A stretch of 63,825 nucleotides of DNA, counting the filler, from Folioceros fuciformis (taxonomy: Eukaryota): the NCBI GenBank assembly GCA_049999805.1. It is 6 parts of 6 records of this genome, joined end to end, with 100 filler letters (N's around TTAATTAATTAA, not from the genome) between each part and the next. Parts side by side here need not be neighbours in the genome. Positions count along the whole stretch, not along the records: positions 60,131 to 63,825 come from JBNGIO010005412.1; 5 more parts are not named here. One strand, given 5' to 3'. Each line of letters begins with the position of its first letter. Position 1 is the first letter of the stretch. Below, in pieces: positions 63,261-63,825 of this stretch. The translations under genes and the position numbers were made by a program. The notes below the pieces were generated by a model. It was not told where the DNA came from, did not search any database, and worked only from the letters and a program-made list of their open reading frames with translations.

Positions 63261-63825
63261 TCAGTATGCACGAGGCCCGTCATCAGCATACAAAATTAGG
63301 GAAGGCTGCTCTGCGCTGTAGCCGGAATAGCTGGAGGTGCTAGGGGGGCCGGGGTTGTCCGAGGTATTTAGGGTAATGCTGTCGCTGTTTTTCCCGCCGC
63401 TGGACTGGACCCATTGTGCTTGTTGCCCTCCGAACTCCAGTTCCAGAGTCTGGGTGAGTTCGGCCACCACCTTGCTCATGCCCGGTCTGACAGAGGAAGA
63501 AATTTGCACGCAGCTCATGGCGATTTCTGCGAATCTCCACAACGACTCCTGCTTGTAGTCCCCTTTGAGAGCGGGATCCACCACGGATGCAAGGCTTCCA
63601 GTGTTCATGGCGGCCTTCACCTGTGACTCAAATCGGCACACACAACGATGAGTTTTGTGCTGTGAATGTTGGAATGGCAGGTTAAGAGAGGATGAGGACT
63701 CTCACCCTCTCCACGATGAACCTTTGAGGACCCTCCTGTAGAATGGGTGGGTGCCCACACAGGATCTCCAACAACACCACTCCGAAACTGTAGACATCAC
63801 TCTTGTCGGTGAGCATGCCTGTTGT
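63261..63825 (-). CDS. Receptor-like kinase, last two exons (63825-63706 partial; 63620-63261)
   Basis: [17 protein letters not shown]...|VKAAM...[23 protein letters not shown]...RPGMSKVV; phase-0 GT-AG intron. Confidence 0.92.

Overview
Land-plant nuclear DNA, probably from a non-flowering lineage (inference). It is not one locus: six contigs are joined by artificial 100-bp linkers (44N-TTAATTAATTAA-44N), giving segments 1-7286, 7387-19421, 19522-28612, 28713-49581, 49682-60030 and 60131-63825. Most of the window is nested, decayed LTR retrotransposons (about eight Ty1/copia copies, Ty3/gypsy remnants, solo/partial LTRs) with resolvable LTRs, PBS, PPT and TSDs. Host genes are an intact four-exon ELF3 with an upstream evening element, an intronless DNAJC8/spf31-like J-protein, two tandem GRAS pseudogenes, an RPP30-like pseudogene, the 3' end of a receptor-like kinase and a decayed ER Ca2+-ATPase fragment. 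Three signals stand out. (1) Short-LTR copia elements carry an antisense gene between RNase H and the PPT; two copies with unrelated LTRs share a CxC..CxxH motif and an ungapped 50-aa block (21/50 identical), and one copy has an in-frame GT-AG intron. (2) A decayed, intron-containing gene looks like a beta-class N6/N4 DNA amino-methyltransferase, and its intron holds a palindromic repeat array. (3) An inversion inside a copia element is revealed by a split target-site duplication. All protein assignments are from motif recognition by eye; no searches were run.
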